DNA of 64,000 nt, taken from assembly GCA_041489155.1 (NCBI GenBank), contig JBGPQP010000001.1, forward strand, positions 25,431 to 89,430, in the 5' to 3' direction. Below are positions 48,413-57,932 of this stretch, in pieces. A model generated the notes under the pieces. The model was not told the origin of the DNA. It searched no databases and saw nothing but the letters and a program-made list of their open reading frames with translations. The DNA is from Candidatus Aenigmatarchaeota archaeon. GTDB lineage: Archaea > Aenigmatarchaeota > Aenigmatarchaeia > QMZP01 > QMZT01. The first letter of the stretch is position 1, and the number at the start of each line of letters is the position of its first letter. The translations under genes were made by a program, and so were the position numbers.

Positions 48413-48876
48413 ATATTCTGTTTCATTTTCTCTTGAATTATCTTTTCGTTGATTTGTTTTTTGGAAATGCCTGGAATTACTTAATTGCCATATTTGTCTT
48501 TTCCGTGCTGATTGATATCACCCATTTGCCATATCTTTTCAAGTTCGGAAAGAACGTCGTTAAAAAAAGATTCGGCTCGGAGGCGAGAACGAGATTTCAT
48601 GAAATATATGGCTTGACTCTGTTTTCAGCGATTGGCTGCCTGCTTTATTTCTTCTTTGATCAGATGATAGTGGAAATGGCCGTATTGTGCGTGATCCTGC
48701 ATTTTGCAGTGGATTTCGTGGCAGGAAAATCCATGCCTTTTTACCCATACTCCAGAACCGAGATTTTTCTTGGCGTATCACCTTATGGGTACAGAAACAA
48801 GATAATTTTTGAAATTGTTTCTACTGTTTTGGTGGGGGTGTTATTCTGGTTCAATACAGCAAGCCTTCTTTTATGA
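48409..48876 (+). CDS. Membrane metal-dependent hydrolase (YdjM-like)
   Basis: FH; LIDITH; RTRFHE; LHFAVD; FYP. Confidence 0.75.
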   Translation: MNILFHFLLNYLFVDLFFGNAWNYLIAIFVFSVLIDITHLPYLFKFGKNVVKKRFGSEARTRFHEIYGLTLFSAIGCLLYFFFDQMIVEMAVLCVILHFAVDFVAGKSMPFYPYSRTEIFLGVSPYGYRNKIIFEIVSTVLVGVLFWFNTASLLL

Positions 48877-49301
48877 AAAAAATGCGAAACTACACGGACA
48901 AAATTGGTTTGAAGCTACCATTGCCAGATGTGAATCCCAATATGCTTTCAGGGCTGTCCGTAATAACTTCTTTTATTTTTCTCTTGACAATAAAATTCTC
49001 GTTTATACTTTCTCTGGTGATTTTACTAACAACGCTTTTGCTCGACTGGTTTGACGGCATAGTTGCAAGAAAATTCGGCCATGCCTCCGAGGGGGGACAT
49101 ATAGTTGATGTTGCGAGCGACAGGTTCTCTGAGGGGCTGTTTTTTGTGGCTCCAGCTTTCTTTTTTCCATGGTTCTACTTGTTCACCCTTAACTGTGCAC
49201 TTTCGCTTCTCTCTATAAAGAGGAAAAGGCATGTGATACTCCCCCTGAGGCACGTTTTTTTCGTGTTTTGCGTGTTTATTCTGCTCTTTGGCGGTAGGTG
49301 A
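48873..49301 (+). CDS. CDP-alcohol phosphatidyltransferase family protein
   Basis: PNMLS; DWFDGIVAR...GHIVDVASDR. Confidence 0.9.
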   Translation: MKKMRNYTDKIGLKLPLPDVNPNMLSGLSVITSFIFLLTIKFSFILSLVILLTTLLLDWFDGIVARKFGHASEGGHIVDVASDRFSEGLFFVAPAFFFPWFYLFTLNCALSLLSIKRKRHVILPLRHVFFVFCVFILLFGGR

Positions 49302-49372
49302 ATATTTAAATACCTTATCTGACAAGAATAAAGAATTACAGCCGTGTACTGCGTAAGCAGGAGGTTGCCATA

Positions 49373-50005
49373 ATGGAAGAATTTTTGAAGGAAATAAAGG
49401 AAGCCAAAGAAAAGGCAAAAAAAAGGAAATTTGTCCAAACTTGGGACCTAATTATCAACCTAAAGAATCTAGACCTGAAAAAACCGGAGAACAAGCTTAA
49501 CCTCGAATTCGCTCTACCAGAAGGTAAGGGCAAAGAATCGAAATTCTTGTTCATAGCCGACATGCTTCTCTCCGAAGCAAATAAGACCGGAGGCATGGTC
49601 ATAGTTAAGAACGATCTTGAGACTTTGGGGAGAGACAAGAAAAGATTGAAAAAATTCGCTGACGAATACGAATGGTGGTTTTGCGAGGCGCCACTTATGC
49701 CTATTGTGGGCAAAACGCTCGGTGTGGTGCTGGGTCCACGCGGCAAGATGCCAAAGCCCATTCCACCGAAGGGAAGTTTACAGCCCTTCGTAGAAATGTC
49801 CAAAAGAATGATTAAAATAAGAATCAAGGATTCGCCGGTAATTCACGTCGCAATTGGAAGGGAGGACATGAAAGAGGAGCAAATAATGAAGAATGCAATT
49901 GCCGTCATGAACTTCGTAAAGGAAAAGCTTCCAAAGGGTAATATGAACATAAAGAATGCTTATGTTAAATTAACGATGGGACCGCCGATTAAACTCAAGG
50001 TGTAA
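49373..50005 (+). CDS. rpl1: 50S ribosomal protein uL1
   Basis: RKFVQTWDLIINLK; LGPRGKMPKP; KLTMGP. Confidence 0.97.
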   Translation: MEEFLKEIKEAKEKAKKRKFVQTWDLIINLKNLDLKKPENKLNLEFALPEGKGKESKFLFIADMLLSEANKTGGMVIVKNDLETLGRDKKRLKKFADEYEWWFCEAPLMPIVGKTLGVVLGPRGKMPKPIPPKGSLQPFVEMSKRMIKIRIKDSPVIHVAIGREDMKEEQIMKNAIAVMNFVKEKLPKGNMNIKNAYVKLTMGPPIKLKV

Positions 50006-50007
50006 AT

Positions 50008-50832
50008 ATGGTTTCGGAAATTAAAAAACAAGCCGTCAAGCAACTGAGCAAAGAAATGAAAGAGTACTCGGTAATAGGATTGCTGGACATGCACAAGTTG
50101 CCCGCCAAGCAGCTTCAGGAATTGAGGGACAGCCTTAGGGGGAAGGCTACAATAAAGGTCACGAAGAAAAATGTGATCAAACTTGCGATAGAAAATTCAG
50201 GCATAGGTGGACTTGGCAAGCTTGAAGACTTGATGAAAAGCCAGCCTGCCTTGTTACTTAGCAATGTTGATCCATTCGAGCTTGCAAGAATCATAGAATC
50301 ATCCAAATCTTCGGCCCCTGCGAAACCGGGTGACATCGCCAACAAAAAAATAATGATTCCGGCAGGTCCGACTAGCCTTAAACCAGGACCGGTAATAGGC
50401 GAATTACAGAGGGTGAAATTACCAGCAGGCGTTGAGGGGGATAAAATAGTGATAAAAAAAGACACTGTGATTGTGAAGGAAGGGGAAACGATAACAAAGC
50501 CAGTTGCTGATGTGCTGATGAAACTCGGTGTCGAGCCAGTGGAAATATCGCTCAATCTCCTTGCAGCATACGACAGAGGGATGATATACAATAAAGAACT
50601 GCTGTTCATACCGAGGGAGAAATACGTAAATGATGTCGTGAATGCTTACAGAAATGCACTGGGTCTAGCCTTGGGTATTGGGCTTTCAACACCCGAAACG
50701 TTGCCGATATTAATAACAAAAGCACAGAGGGAGGCGATGAGCATCGCATCGAAAGTTAATTTGCCGAGCGAGTCGCCTATTATGGCAGAAGAAGCTGATG
50801 TTAATAAAAAACCAGAGGAGGAGTCAGAATGA
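50008..50832 (+). CDS. rpl10: 50S ribosomal protein uL10 (P0)
   Basis: LPAKQLQELR; APAKPGDIA; IPAGPT. Confidence 0.95.
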   Translation: MVSEIKKQAVKQLSKEMKEYSVIGLLDMHKLPAKQLQELRDSLRGKATIKVTKKNVIKLAIENSGIGGLGKLEDLMKSQPALLLSNVDPFELARIIESSKSSAPAKPGDIANKKIMIPAGPTSLKPGPVIGELQRVKLPAGVEGDKIVIKKDTVIVKEGETITKPVADVLMKLGVEPVEISLNLLAAYDRGMIYNKELLFIPREKYVNDVVNAYRNALGLALGIGLSTPETLPILITKAQREAMSIASKVNLPSESPIMAEEADVNKKPEEESE

Positions 50833-51131
50833 AAATGATATATGCAGCCTTGCTCCTTCACTCTCTTGGAAAGGAAGTCGACGAAACTGGCATAAAGCAT
50901 GTGATGGAAGCAGCAGGTGCCAGCGTCGATCACGCAGAGCTTAAGGCGCTAGTGTCGAACCTGAAGAGCGTGAACATAGACGAAGCGATAAAAAACGCAT
51001 CGCTCATGCAGGCAGCACCGGTAGCATCTGAAAAACCAGCAGAGGAGAAGGCTGAAGGCAAAAAAGAAGAAAAGGCAGATGAAGAGAAAGCAGAAGAAGC
51101 TGCAGCGGGGCTTAGCGCGCTTTTTGGTTAA
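50829..51131 (+). CDS. rpl12: 50S ribosomal protein P1/L12
   Basis: IYAALLLH; EEAAAGLSALFG. Confidence 0.97.
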   Translation: MKMIYAALLLHSLGKEVDETGIKHVMEAAGASVDHAELKALVSNLKSVNIDEAIKNASLMQAAPVASEKPAEEKAEGKKEEKADEEKAEEAAAGLSALFG

Positions 51132-51263
51132 TTCATTTTGATCTCTTAGGAAAAGCGCGGCCCTTTCCTAATTCTGAAAATGTTAAAAGGTTTGCAGAAG
51201 GAATATTGCATGTGGGTCGGAATTCCACGTTAATTTAAGCAGTCGATTAGAAAATAATAAATT

Positions 51264-54098
51264 ATGAAACCGGATAAGGAAATTAAAAAGGAGTTTCGCC
51301 CGAAGTTCTGGGCGCATCCCGAGAAATATTATGCGACCGAGGTTTTGAAAGATGAAGGTTTTTCGAGAAAAATTTGTGTTAAGTGCAAAAAACCTTTCTG
51401 GTCAACGGATATTGAAAGAAAGGTTTGCGGGGACCCTTCATGCAGCGGTGAAGGCTTCGCCTTCATAGGCAATTCGCCTGCGAAAAGGAAGCTGGGTTAT
51501 GTTGAAGTCTGGCAGGATTTCTCAAGGATGTTCAAAGGCTTAGGATACACGCCGATAAACAGATACCCTGTTGTGGCGAGATGGAATCCGACCATGGATT
51601 ACGTAAATGCTTCCATCGCTGCATTTCAGCCTTACGTTATTTCTGGTGAGGTCGAACCACCGGCGAATCCGCTGGTAATCCCTCAGTTCTGTCTCAGGTT
51701 TAATGATATAGATAATGTAGGTATTACCCAATCGCATAACACCGGCTTCGTTATGATCGGCCAGCACATGTTTGTAAAACCGATGCAGTGGGATCAGAAC
51801 AGGGTATTCAGAGACATACATACATGGCTGAAGAAGGGTCTTGGCTTGCAGAACTCCGATATAATATTTCATGAGGATGCATGGGCAGGAGGGGGAAACT
51901 TCGGGCCCTGCATGGAATTTTTTTCAAAGGGATGCGAGCTGGGAAACCAGGTTTACATGCTCTACGAACAAACGCCTTCTGGCAACAGGGACCTGAGCAT
52001 AAAAGTTCTTGACATGGGAATGGGGCAGGAAAGAAATGCCTGGTTTTCGCAAGGTTGCGAGACGATTTATGATGCATCATTTCCGCACGTAATTGAAAAA
52101 CTTTTATCATTAACTGGCTTGAAAGTCGACAATGACCTTATGAGAAAATACATTCATCATGCTGGCCTTCTGAATCTGGATGAAACTGAAAATATAGAAA
52201 AGGCATGGAAGACCGTGGCGAAATTGGTAGGAGCGGATGTTGATTTTTTGAGGAACTTCATACTTCCCCTATCCGGCGTCTATTCAATTGCAGAGCACAT
52301 GAGAACGCTCCTATTTGCACTGGCTGACGGCGGTCTTCCTAGCAACGTGGGAGGCGGCTATAATCTCAGGGTAGTTGCCAGAAGGGCTATGATGTTCAAA
52401 AGCAGATACGGATGGGAAATCGATTTCACAAAGGTTTGTGAATGGCATGCAAGTTACCTAAAGCCAATTTTCCCAGAACTTTCAGAAAACATAGAAGACG
52501 TTAAAAAAATAATAGAGGTTGAGGAAAGGAAATACGAAAATACGAGAAGGAACTCTATAGCCATCGTCGGCAAACTGATTGAAAAAGGCGTGAACGAGCA
52601 TGACCTTGTAAGACTTTATGACAGTCATGGCATACCACCAGAGATAATAAAAATGGAGTTCGAGGAACGAGGGAAAAAATTGATGGTGCCGGATGACTTC
52701 TATTCAAAAGTCTCGGCACTTCATGAAAAAACGAAACAGGAAACTGAAACTGAAAGATCAGAGAAACTACCGCTTGATGGAATCCCTGATACCATAAATC
52801 TTTATTTTGGCGACTACAAGAAGCTTGGGTTCGAGGCTAAAGTTCTCAAGGCCGGTAGTGATTTTGTAGTTCTTGACCAGACAGCTTTTTATCCGACATC
52901 GGGCGGACAACTGCATGACATCGGTGAAATAAGCGGCAGGGTGGTGGATGACGTATTCAAACAGGGCGGCATCATAGTTCACAAGGTTGAGAAGGGTCAT
53001 GGTTTAAAGGAAGGTGCTGAAGTTGTCGGGAAGGTTAACTTGCAGAGACGATTAAAGCTTTCGCAACAGCACACTGCAGCGCATATAATCAATGCAGCAG
53101 CAAGAAAGGTATTAGGTAATCATGTTAATCAGGCAGGTGCAAAAAAAACCGAGGATAAATCCCATCTGGACATAACCCATTATCAGCCACTGGGCACGGA
53201 AGAAATCAGAAGGATAGAAGAAATCTCCAACAAAATGGTGCAGGATGAAATAAAGGTTGAGAAGCTTCTGATGCCGAGAAACGATGCTGAAAAGAGATTC
53301 GGCATGAGAATATACCAAGGTGGCGCAGTTCCGGGCAAGCTTTTAAGGATAGTTAACATTCCGGGGATAGATGTTGAGGCATGCGGTGGAACCCATTTAA
53401 ACAACACGAAAGAAGTCGGAAATATCAAGATATTAAAAACCACTAAAATACAAGACGGGATCGATAGAATAGAATTCACAGTCGGCGAAGAGGCCGGTAA
53501 AATATCAGAAAGGGAAGGGAGAATTTTCGATGAAGTTGTACTTAATGTGAAAAAATTCGCTGCATTTGATTATGACAAGGCTTCTTCTAAACAATTAAGA
53601 GATTGCGCAGAGTTCTTTTCTGTTCCAGTGGAACAAGTTGGCAAAACAACCAAAAAATTCGCCGAGGAGGCAGAGAATTACAGCAAGAAGACCGGGAAGC
53701 GGATAGTCAAAAGAAAGGCCAAAAACATGAAAGAAGCATGCGAAATTCTGTTTGAAACATGGAAAGACCTGAAGAAGGAATCTGAAAGAATGTCGAAGGA
53801 TATAGCTGATTCCAGAATAGAAGATCTTGTTGGCAAAGCCAAAAATAATGAAATTTTCGAGATTGTTGATATGGGAAGGGAAGATATGATAAATCTCTGC
53901 GATTTGCTCGTCACGCAAGATCCAGAGCTAACCGTGATTCTGGTGAACAAGGGTGGCGATGTAGTTGGCATGAGCGAAAAAAAAGACATATCAAAGGCTG
54001 TCAAACATCTGTGCGAAAAATTCTCCGGATGCGGCGGCGGAAGGGGGAGATTAGCGCAAGGTAAATTGGACCCGGAAAGGCTAGAAAGCAAAGAATAA
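51264..54098 (+). CDS. alaS: Alanine--tRNA ligase (archaeal type)
   Basis: N-terminal Zn finger; YPVVARW; PPANPLVIPQFCLRFND; editing motifs QHTAAH and EACGGTH. Confidence 0.97.
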   Translation: MKPDKEIKKEFRPKFWAHPEKYYATEVLKDEGFSRKICVKCKKPFWSTDIERKVCGDPSCSGEGFAFIGNSPAKRKLGYVEVWQDFSRMFKGLGYTPINRYPVVARWNPTMDYVNASIAAFQPYVISGEVEPPANPLVIPQFCLRFNDIDNVGITQSHNTGFVMIGQHMFVKPMQWDQNRVFRDIHTWLKKGLGLQNSDIIFHEDAWAGGGNFGPCMEFFSKGCELGNQVYMLYEQTPSGNRDLSIKVLDMGMGQERNAWFSQGCETIYDASFPHVIEKLLSLTGLKVDNDLMRKYIHHAGLLNLDETENIEKAWKTVAKLVGADVDFLRNFILPLSGVYSIAEHMRTLLFALADGGLPSNVGGGYNLRVVARRAMMFKSRYGWEIDFTKVCEWHASYLKPIFPELSENIEDVKKIIEVEERKYENTRRNSIAIVGKLIEKGVNEHDLVRLYDSHGIPPEIIKMEFEERGKKLMVPDDFYSKVSALHEKTKQETETERSEKLPLDGIPDTINLYFGDYKKLGFEAKVLKAGSDFVVLDQTAFYPTSGGQLHDIGEISGRVVDDVFKQGGIIVHKVEKGHGLKEGAEVVGKVNLQRRLKLSQQHTAAHIINAAARKVLGNHVNQAGAKKTEDKSHLDITHYQPLGTEEIRRIEEISNKMVQDEIKVEKLLMPRNDAEKRFGMRIYQGGAVPGKLLRIVNIPGIDVEACGGTHLNNTKEVGNIKILKTTKIQDGIDRIEFTVGEEAGKISEREGRIFDEVVLNVKKFAAFDYDKASSKQLRDCAEFFSVPVEQVGKTTKKFAEEAENYSKKTGKRIVKRKAKNMKEACEILFETWKDLKKESERMSKDIADSRIEDLVGKAKNNEIFEIVDMGREDMINLCDLLVTQDPELTVILVNKGGDVVGMSEKKDISKAVKHLCEKFSGCGGGRGRLAQGKLDPERLESKE

Positions 54099-54153
54099 TA
54101 GAAATATGTTATTTTTTCAATTAAAATTAAGAAATGCCCAGATGCTTTTTATT

Positions 54154-54594
54154 TTAAGCGCCTGGACAATAGACGCTTATCGACTGTGCTCTGCCTGAAA
54201 CAATCATGTCATATGAGCATGTTCTCGGACAATCAGTTGAGCAGCATGCCGTGTTTATTGTCACTTTTGCATAGCCGCCTGAGTTTATTAACGTTTTTTC
54301 AGTCGTCGTGCATGTTGTTTGGTTCAGCTCACACCAGTCCAGTTGCGTATCGCTCAGGGCGGTACTGCCTAACATCACCAGTATGTCGTTTCTTATGTTT
54401 ATCGACTGCGTCCCTATGTTGTGCAGTATCGCCATTACGTTCTGGCCGTTGGGGCATTTTTGTGTCGGGATTTCCACAACCTTCGCTGTCAGCGACGTGA
54501 AGTAGTTGCTCATGTATGTCCATGCAGCTGATGCCAAGCCGACTGTTATCAGCAAAAGTATTATTACCGATATTATTGGCGTTATACCCTTCAT
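54154..54594 (-). CDS. Archaeal type IV pilin (Cys-rich)
   Basis: MKG/ITPIISVIILLLITVGLA class III signal peptide. Confidence 0.88.
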   Translation of the reverse strand: MKGITPIISVIILLLITVGLASAAWTYMSNYFTSLTAKVVEIPTQKCPNGQNVMAILHNIGTQSINIRNDILVMLGSTALSDTQLDWCELNQTTCTTTEKTLINSGGYAKVTINTACCSTDCPRTCSYDMIVSGRAQSISVYCPGA

Positions 54595-54806
54595 TTTTTT
54601 GACCTCCCTAATTGATCTTGAATCTGGCTTAGTATCGACATTATAGCCAGCAGGATTATGCCTATCACTATTAATATTAGCGATATTATTGTATTCTGCG
54701 GGTCAAGGAAACCGACAGATAGTAGCATAAAAAAGCTTAAGGCTAACACTATGCTTACTACGATCGTCCCTCCCTGTATTATCAGGTATTTCTTCATGCC
54801 AGTCAC
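54591..54806 (-). CDS. Small two-TM membrane protein
   Basis: Two hydrophobic helices; 4-nt overlaps with both neighbours. Confidence 0.7.
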   Translation of the reverse strand: MTGMKKYLIIQGGTIVVSIVLALSFFMLLSVGFLDPQNTIISLILIVIGIILLAIMSILSQIQDQLGRSKK

Positions 54807-55312
54807 CTGAGCTCTGTCCTGTATTCAGAAGCTGGTCTCACTGGCCCCATTGCAGGCGAGGGCGCTGGAGCATAGAATCTCTTGAGTCTTTTCTCGATTA
54901 TACCAAGGGTTGTCAGAACTGCCTGGTTGGTCTCAAAGCTTTTCTTGTTCTGCTCTATGAGCTCTGTCATTTTGTCCACAAGCGGTGTCATGACCTCTTT
55001 CGAAATGTTGGAGACTTCATCTTCCTCGGCCGATATTTTCAGCAGCTTCATGAACTCTCTCATCTCGAGTATAAGGTCGTCTATTTTTTTGGGGAGCTTC
55101 GAAACCTCTGTTATCAGGTCATTGTTTGCTCTTATGGTGCTGTCGATTATTTTCTGATTCGCTTTTATGAGGTCAACCACCTGTTCTATGAGCCTGCCGA
55201 CCTCCGAAGAATACGTCCCTCCCTCAACCTTCTCTATCCTTTTTTCAAGCCTTCTTATGGGCGATGTCGGTATTATCTCGAATTCCTCGTCTGGACTAAT
55301 GTCTGGTGTCAT
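54803..55312 (-). CDS. Coiled-coil hypothetical protein
   Basis: Heptad-rich; first gene of an apparent 3-gene operon ending in a pilin. Confidence 0.75.
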   Translation of the reverse strand: MTPDISPDEEFEIIPTSPIRRLEKRIEKVEGGTYSSEVGRLIEQVVDLIKANQKIIDSTIRANNDLITEVSKLPKKIDDLILEMREFMKLLKISAEEDEVSNISKEVMTPLVDKMTELIEQNKKSFETNQAVLTTLGIIEKRLKRFYAPAPSPAMGPVRPASEYRTELR

Positions 55313-55377
55313 AATAATAATTGGCTCAAGCCTAATATAAATATTTAAAGGGGGAAGGAACGGGGATATACGTCGCT

Positions 55378-57015
55378 TTAGTATTCTTCCGGCATTCCTC
55401 CGCCTGACGGCATCGGCATGCCTTTCTTCTCGCCTGAGCCGGCGGAAATTATATCGTCAATCCTGAGTATCATTTCCGCTACCTCACTCGCGCTCTTTAT
55501 TGCCTGTATCTTTATTTTCAGCGGCTCTATCACGCCGAGGGCCATCATGTCCTGGACGTTTCCGGTGAAAACGTCAAGGCCGACTGTTATCCTGTTCTTG
55601 TCGTGCTCTGCCCTGAGCTGCGCTATTTTGTCAATAGGGTCTAGACCGGCGTTTTCAGCGAGACTCCTGGGAACGACTTCCATTGCATTCGCAAACGCGT
55701 TTACTGCTAGCTGCTCCCTTCCCTTGAACGAATCGGCGTATTTTCTGAGCTGTCTGGCGACCTGCATTTCTGCTGCTCCGCCTCCGGCTACTATCTTTCC
55801 AAGTTCAAGCGACGCTGCCACTCCTTTAACTGCGTCTACCATTGCCCTTTCTACTTCGTCTATAACATGTTCGCTGCCGCCGCGGATAAGTATCGTGACT
55901 GCCTTCGGCTCCTTGCATTTCTCCACGAACAGCATCTCGTCGCCGGCAATTTTCTTCTCCTCTACGACGCCAGCGAAGCCGAGGTCTGTTTTGTTAAGTT
56001 CTTTGATGCTGCTTACAAGCTTGGCACCAGTCGCCCTTGCCAGCTTCTCCATGTCAGATTTCTTGACTCTTCTGGCGGCAATTATGCCTGCCTTGGCAAG
56101 ATAATGCTGCGCCATGTCATCTATGCCTTTCTGGCAGAAGACGACGTTCGCCCCTGATTTTATAACCATGTCAGCCATTTCTTTAAGAACCCTTTCCTCT
56201 CCGTCAAGGAATGCCTGGAGTTTTTCAGGAGAATCTATGCTTATTTTCGCATCCCCTTCCAGTTCTTTGATTTCGAGGGCGGAATCGAGCAATGCTATTT
56301 TTGCTTTTTCAAGCCTCTTCGGCATTGCTGAATGCACGACTTCCTTGTCAAGGACTATGCCGTCTATCAGTTCGGTCTCGTTCATCGAGCCACCTGACTT
56401 TTTCTCGATTTTCACATTTTCTGTGTCAACATAGACCTTGCCCTCCTTTACCTCTGCTATTTTCTTAACTGCCCTCACTGCAAGGTCGGAGAGCTTTTCT
56501 GACGCCCTATCTGCTGATTTTCCTGTCATTGCGGTTTTGGCTATATTGTGCAGGGTTTCCTCGTTTTCTATGGTAACGTTTTTTGCAAGCTTTTCGACGA
56601 TCTCAAGTGCCTTTAGCTTCGCGAGTCTGAAGCCTTTTGTGACGACGGTCGGGTGTATCTGCTGCTCCAAGAGTTTTTCTGCTTCATGCAGAAGCTCGCC
56701 TGCAATTATGACAGCCGTGGTCGTTCCATCGCCCACTGCCTCGTCCTGCGTTTTAGCTACTTCCACCATCATCTTCGCAGCAGGATGCTCTATCTGCATC
56801 TCGCTGAGTATAGTCGCCCCGTCATTCGTTATCGTCACGTCGCCCAATGAGTCTACCAGCATTTTGTCCATGCCTTTCGGACCCAATGTCGTTCGAACAG
56901 CATCAGCCACCAGCTTTGCTGCGGCTATGTTGTTTTTGTGCGCCTCCCTTCCTTTCGTCCTCAAAGTGCCTTCCGGCAGAATAAATATCGGCTGTATAGT
57001 CTGCGCTCCATTCAT
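55378..57015 (-). CDS. ths: Thermosome (group II chaperonin) subunit
   Basis: [33 protein letters not shown]. Confidence 0.98.
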   Translation of the reverse strand: MNGAQTIQPIFILPEGTLRTKGREAHKNNIAAAKLVADAVRTTLGPKGMDKMLVDSLGDVTITNDGATILSEMQIEHPAAKMMVEVAKTQDEAVGDGTTTAVIIAGELLHEAEKLLEQQIHPTVVTKGFRLAKLKALEIVEKLAKNVTIENEETLHNIAKTAMTGKSADRASEKLSDLAVRAVKKIAEVKEGKVYVDTENVKIEKKSGGSMNETELIDGIVLDKEVVHSAMPKRLEKAKIALLDSALEIKELEGDAKISIDSPEKLQAFLDGEERVLKEMADMVIKSGANVVFCQKGIDDMAQHYLAKAGIIAARRVKKSDMEKLARATGAKLVSSIKELNKTDLGFAGVVEEKKIAGDEMLFVEKCKEPKAVTILIRGGSEHVIDEVERAMVDAVKGVAASLELGKIVAGGGAAEMQVARQLRKYADSFKGREQLAVNAFANAMEVVPRSLAENAGLDPIDKIAQLRAEHDKNRITVGLDVFTGNVQDMMALGVIEPLKIKIQAIKSASEVAEMILRIDDIISAGSGEKKGMPMPSGGGMPEEY

Positions 57016-57169
57016 GAAACCACATCTCCTTTGCCTCTATTTATCGATTTATAACTATCTAATGGATATACAGATTATGAATGGGTTATTTATAAGCTTT
57101 TCTCCAATTTTTCTAAGCACCGTCATTAACCAATTAATTTAAGCCTTGACCAATATAGATTATCAAAAC

Positions 57170-57299
57170 GGGCTCGTAGCTCAGCTGGTTAGAGCGCCGG
57201 TCTTATAAGACCGTCAGGCGTCATGCCTGATAGCTTTGAACCGACAATCATCGGTTATAGGAAAGCCGGAGGCCAGGGGTTCGAATCCCCTCGAGCCCA
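57170..57299 (+). tRNA. tRNA-Ile(TAT) with a 56-nt intron at canonical 37/38 (57208..57263)
   Basis: Acceptor stem GGGCTCG/CGAGCCC plus discriminator A; anticodon stem CCGGT/GCCGG; loop CT-TAT-A|A; BHB helix CTTA/TAGG with a 3' AAA bulge. Confidence 0.9.
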
Positions 57300-57301
57300 T
57301 G

Positions 57302-57625
57302 CTACTTTTTGATTTTTAAAAGGCTGAAAAACCACGATAACTTTTCATACAAATTTTCATACAAATAGACTGTTATACTAATGCAGAAACCCTCTGCCAA
57401 CGTCATTGTTACAGGCACGCCATTGAAAAATAGTTTCATGTAAGCTTGTTCCGTGTAGCTATAATATCCCATATTTACCTGAATTATGTCGAAAAGGAAA
57501 CCCGTCAACGCGCCAAAAATGAAGTAAAGAATGAATCTGTAGTCTCTTTCGCGCACCAAAATGTAGGCAAATGATAAGAAAAATACAATGAAACTGGAGG
57601 CCCAGAATAACGGAGCGTCAATCAT
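57302..57625 (-). CDS. Small 3-TM membrane protein
   Basis: ATG at 57625 with an AGGAGG SD; FDIIQVNMGYYSY...GVP motif. Confidence 0.7.
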   Translation of the reverse strand: MIDAPLFWASSFIVFFLSFAYILVRERDYRFILYFIFGALTGFLFDIIQVNMGYYSYTEQAYMKLFFNGVPVTMTLAEGFCISITVYLYENLYEKLSWFFSLLKIKK

Positions 57626-57896
57626 TTTTAAACCTCCTGAAAACAACATCGGCCAGAAAATATGAAATGCAAATGAACTGAAAATATGCAAAAAGCGTGA
57701 TGATGGAAACCCCCAAAAACTGCGGATATGCATGATATTCCCACAGGCCGAAATAAACACCAATCGGCTCCCACACAGAAGCCAGTAACACGGTAAACAA
57801 CCCCAGAGTTATGTATTTTCCAAGTTTTTTTCTTTCGGCAAACAGTATGAGAATAAGAGGCAGGGACATTATCAGGAAAAAGACAAGTTGCTCCAT
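57618..57896 (-). CDS. Small 3-TM membrane protein, paralog of 57302..57625
   Basis: ATG at 57896; WEPIGVYFGLWEY...LGVS motif. Confidence 0.7.
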   Translation of the reverse strand: MEQLVFFLIMSLPLILILFAERKKLGKYITLGLFTVLLASVWEPIGVYFGLWEYHAYPQFLGVSIITLFAYFQFICISYFLADVVFRRFKND

Positions 57897-57932
57897 ATTT
57901 ATAATTAAAATAACCACATTAAAACTGATTAT

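Noticed and set aside
55418..57142. Several long plus-strand ORFs opposite the thermosome
   Set aside because: Ser/Ile/Phe-rich antisense shadows of a conserved gene.
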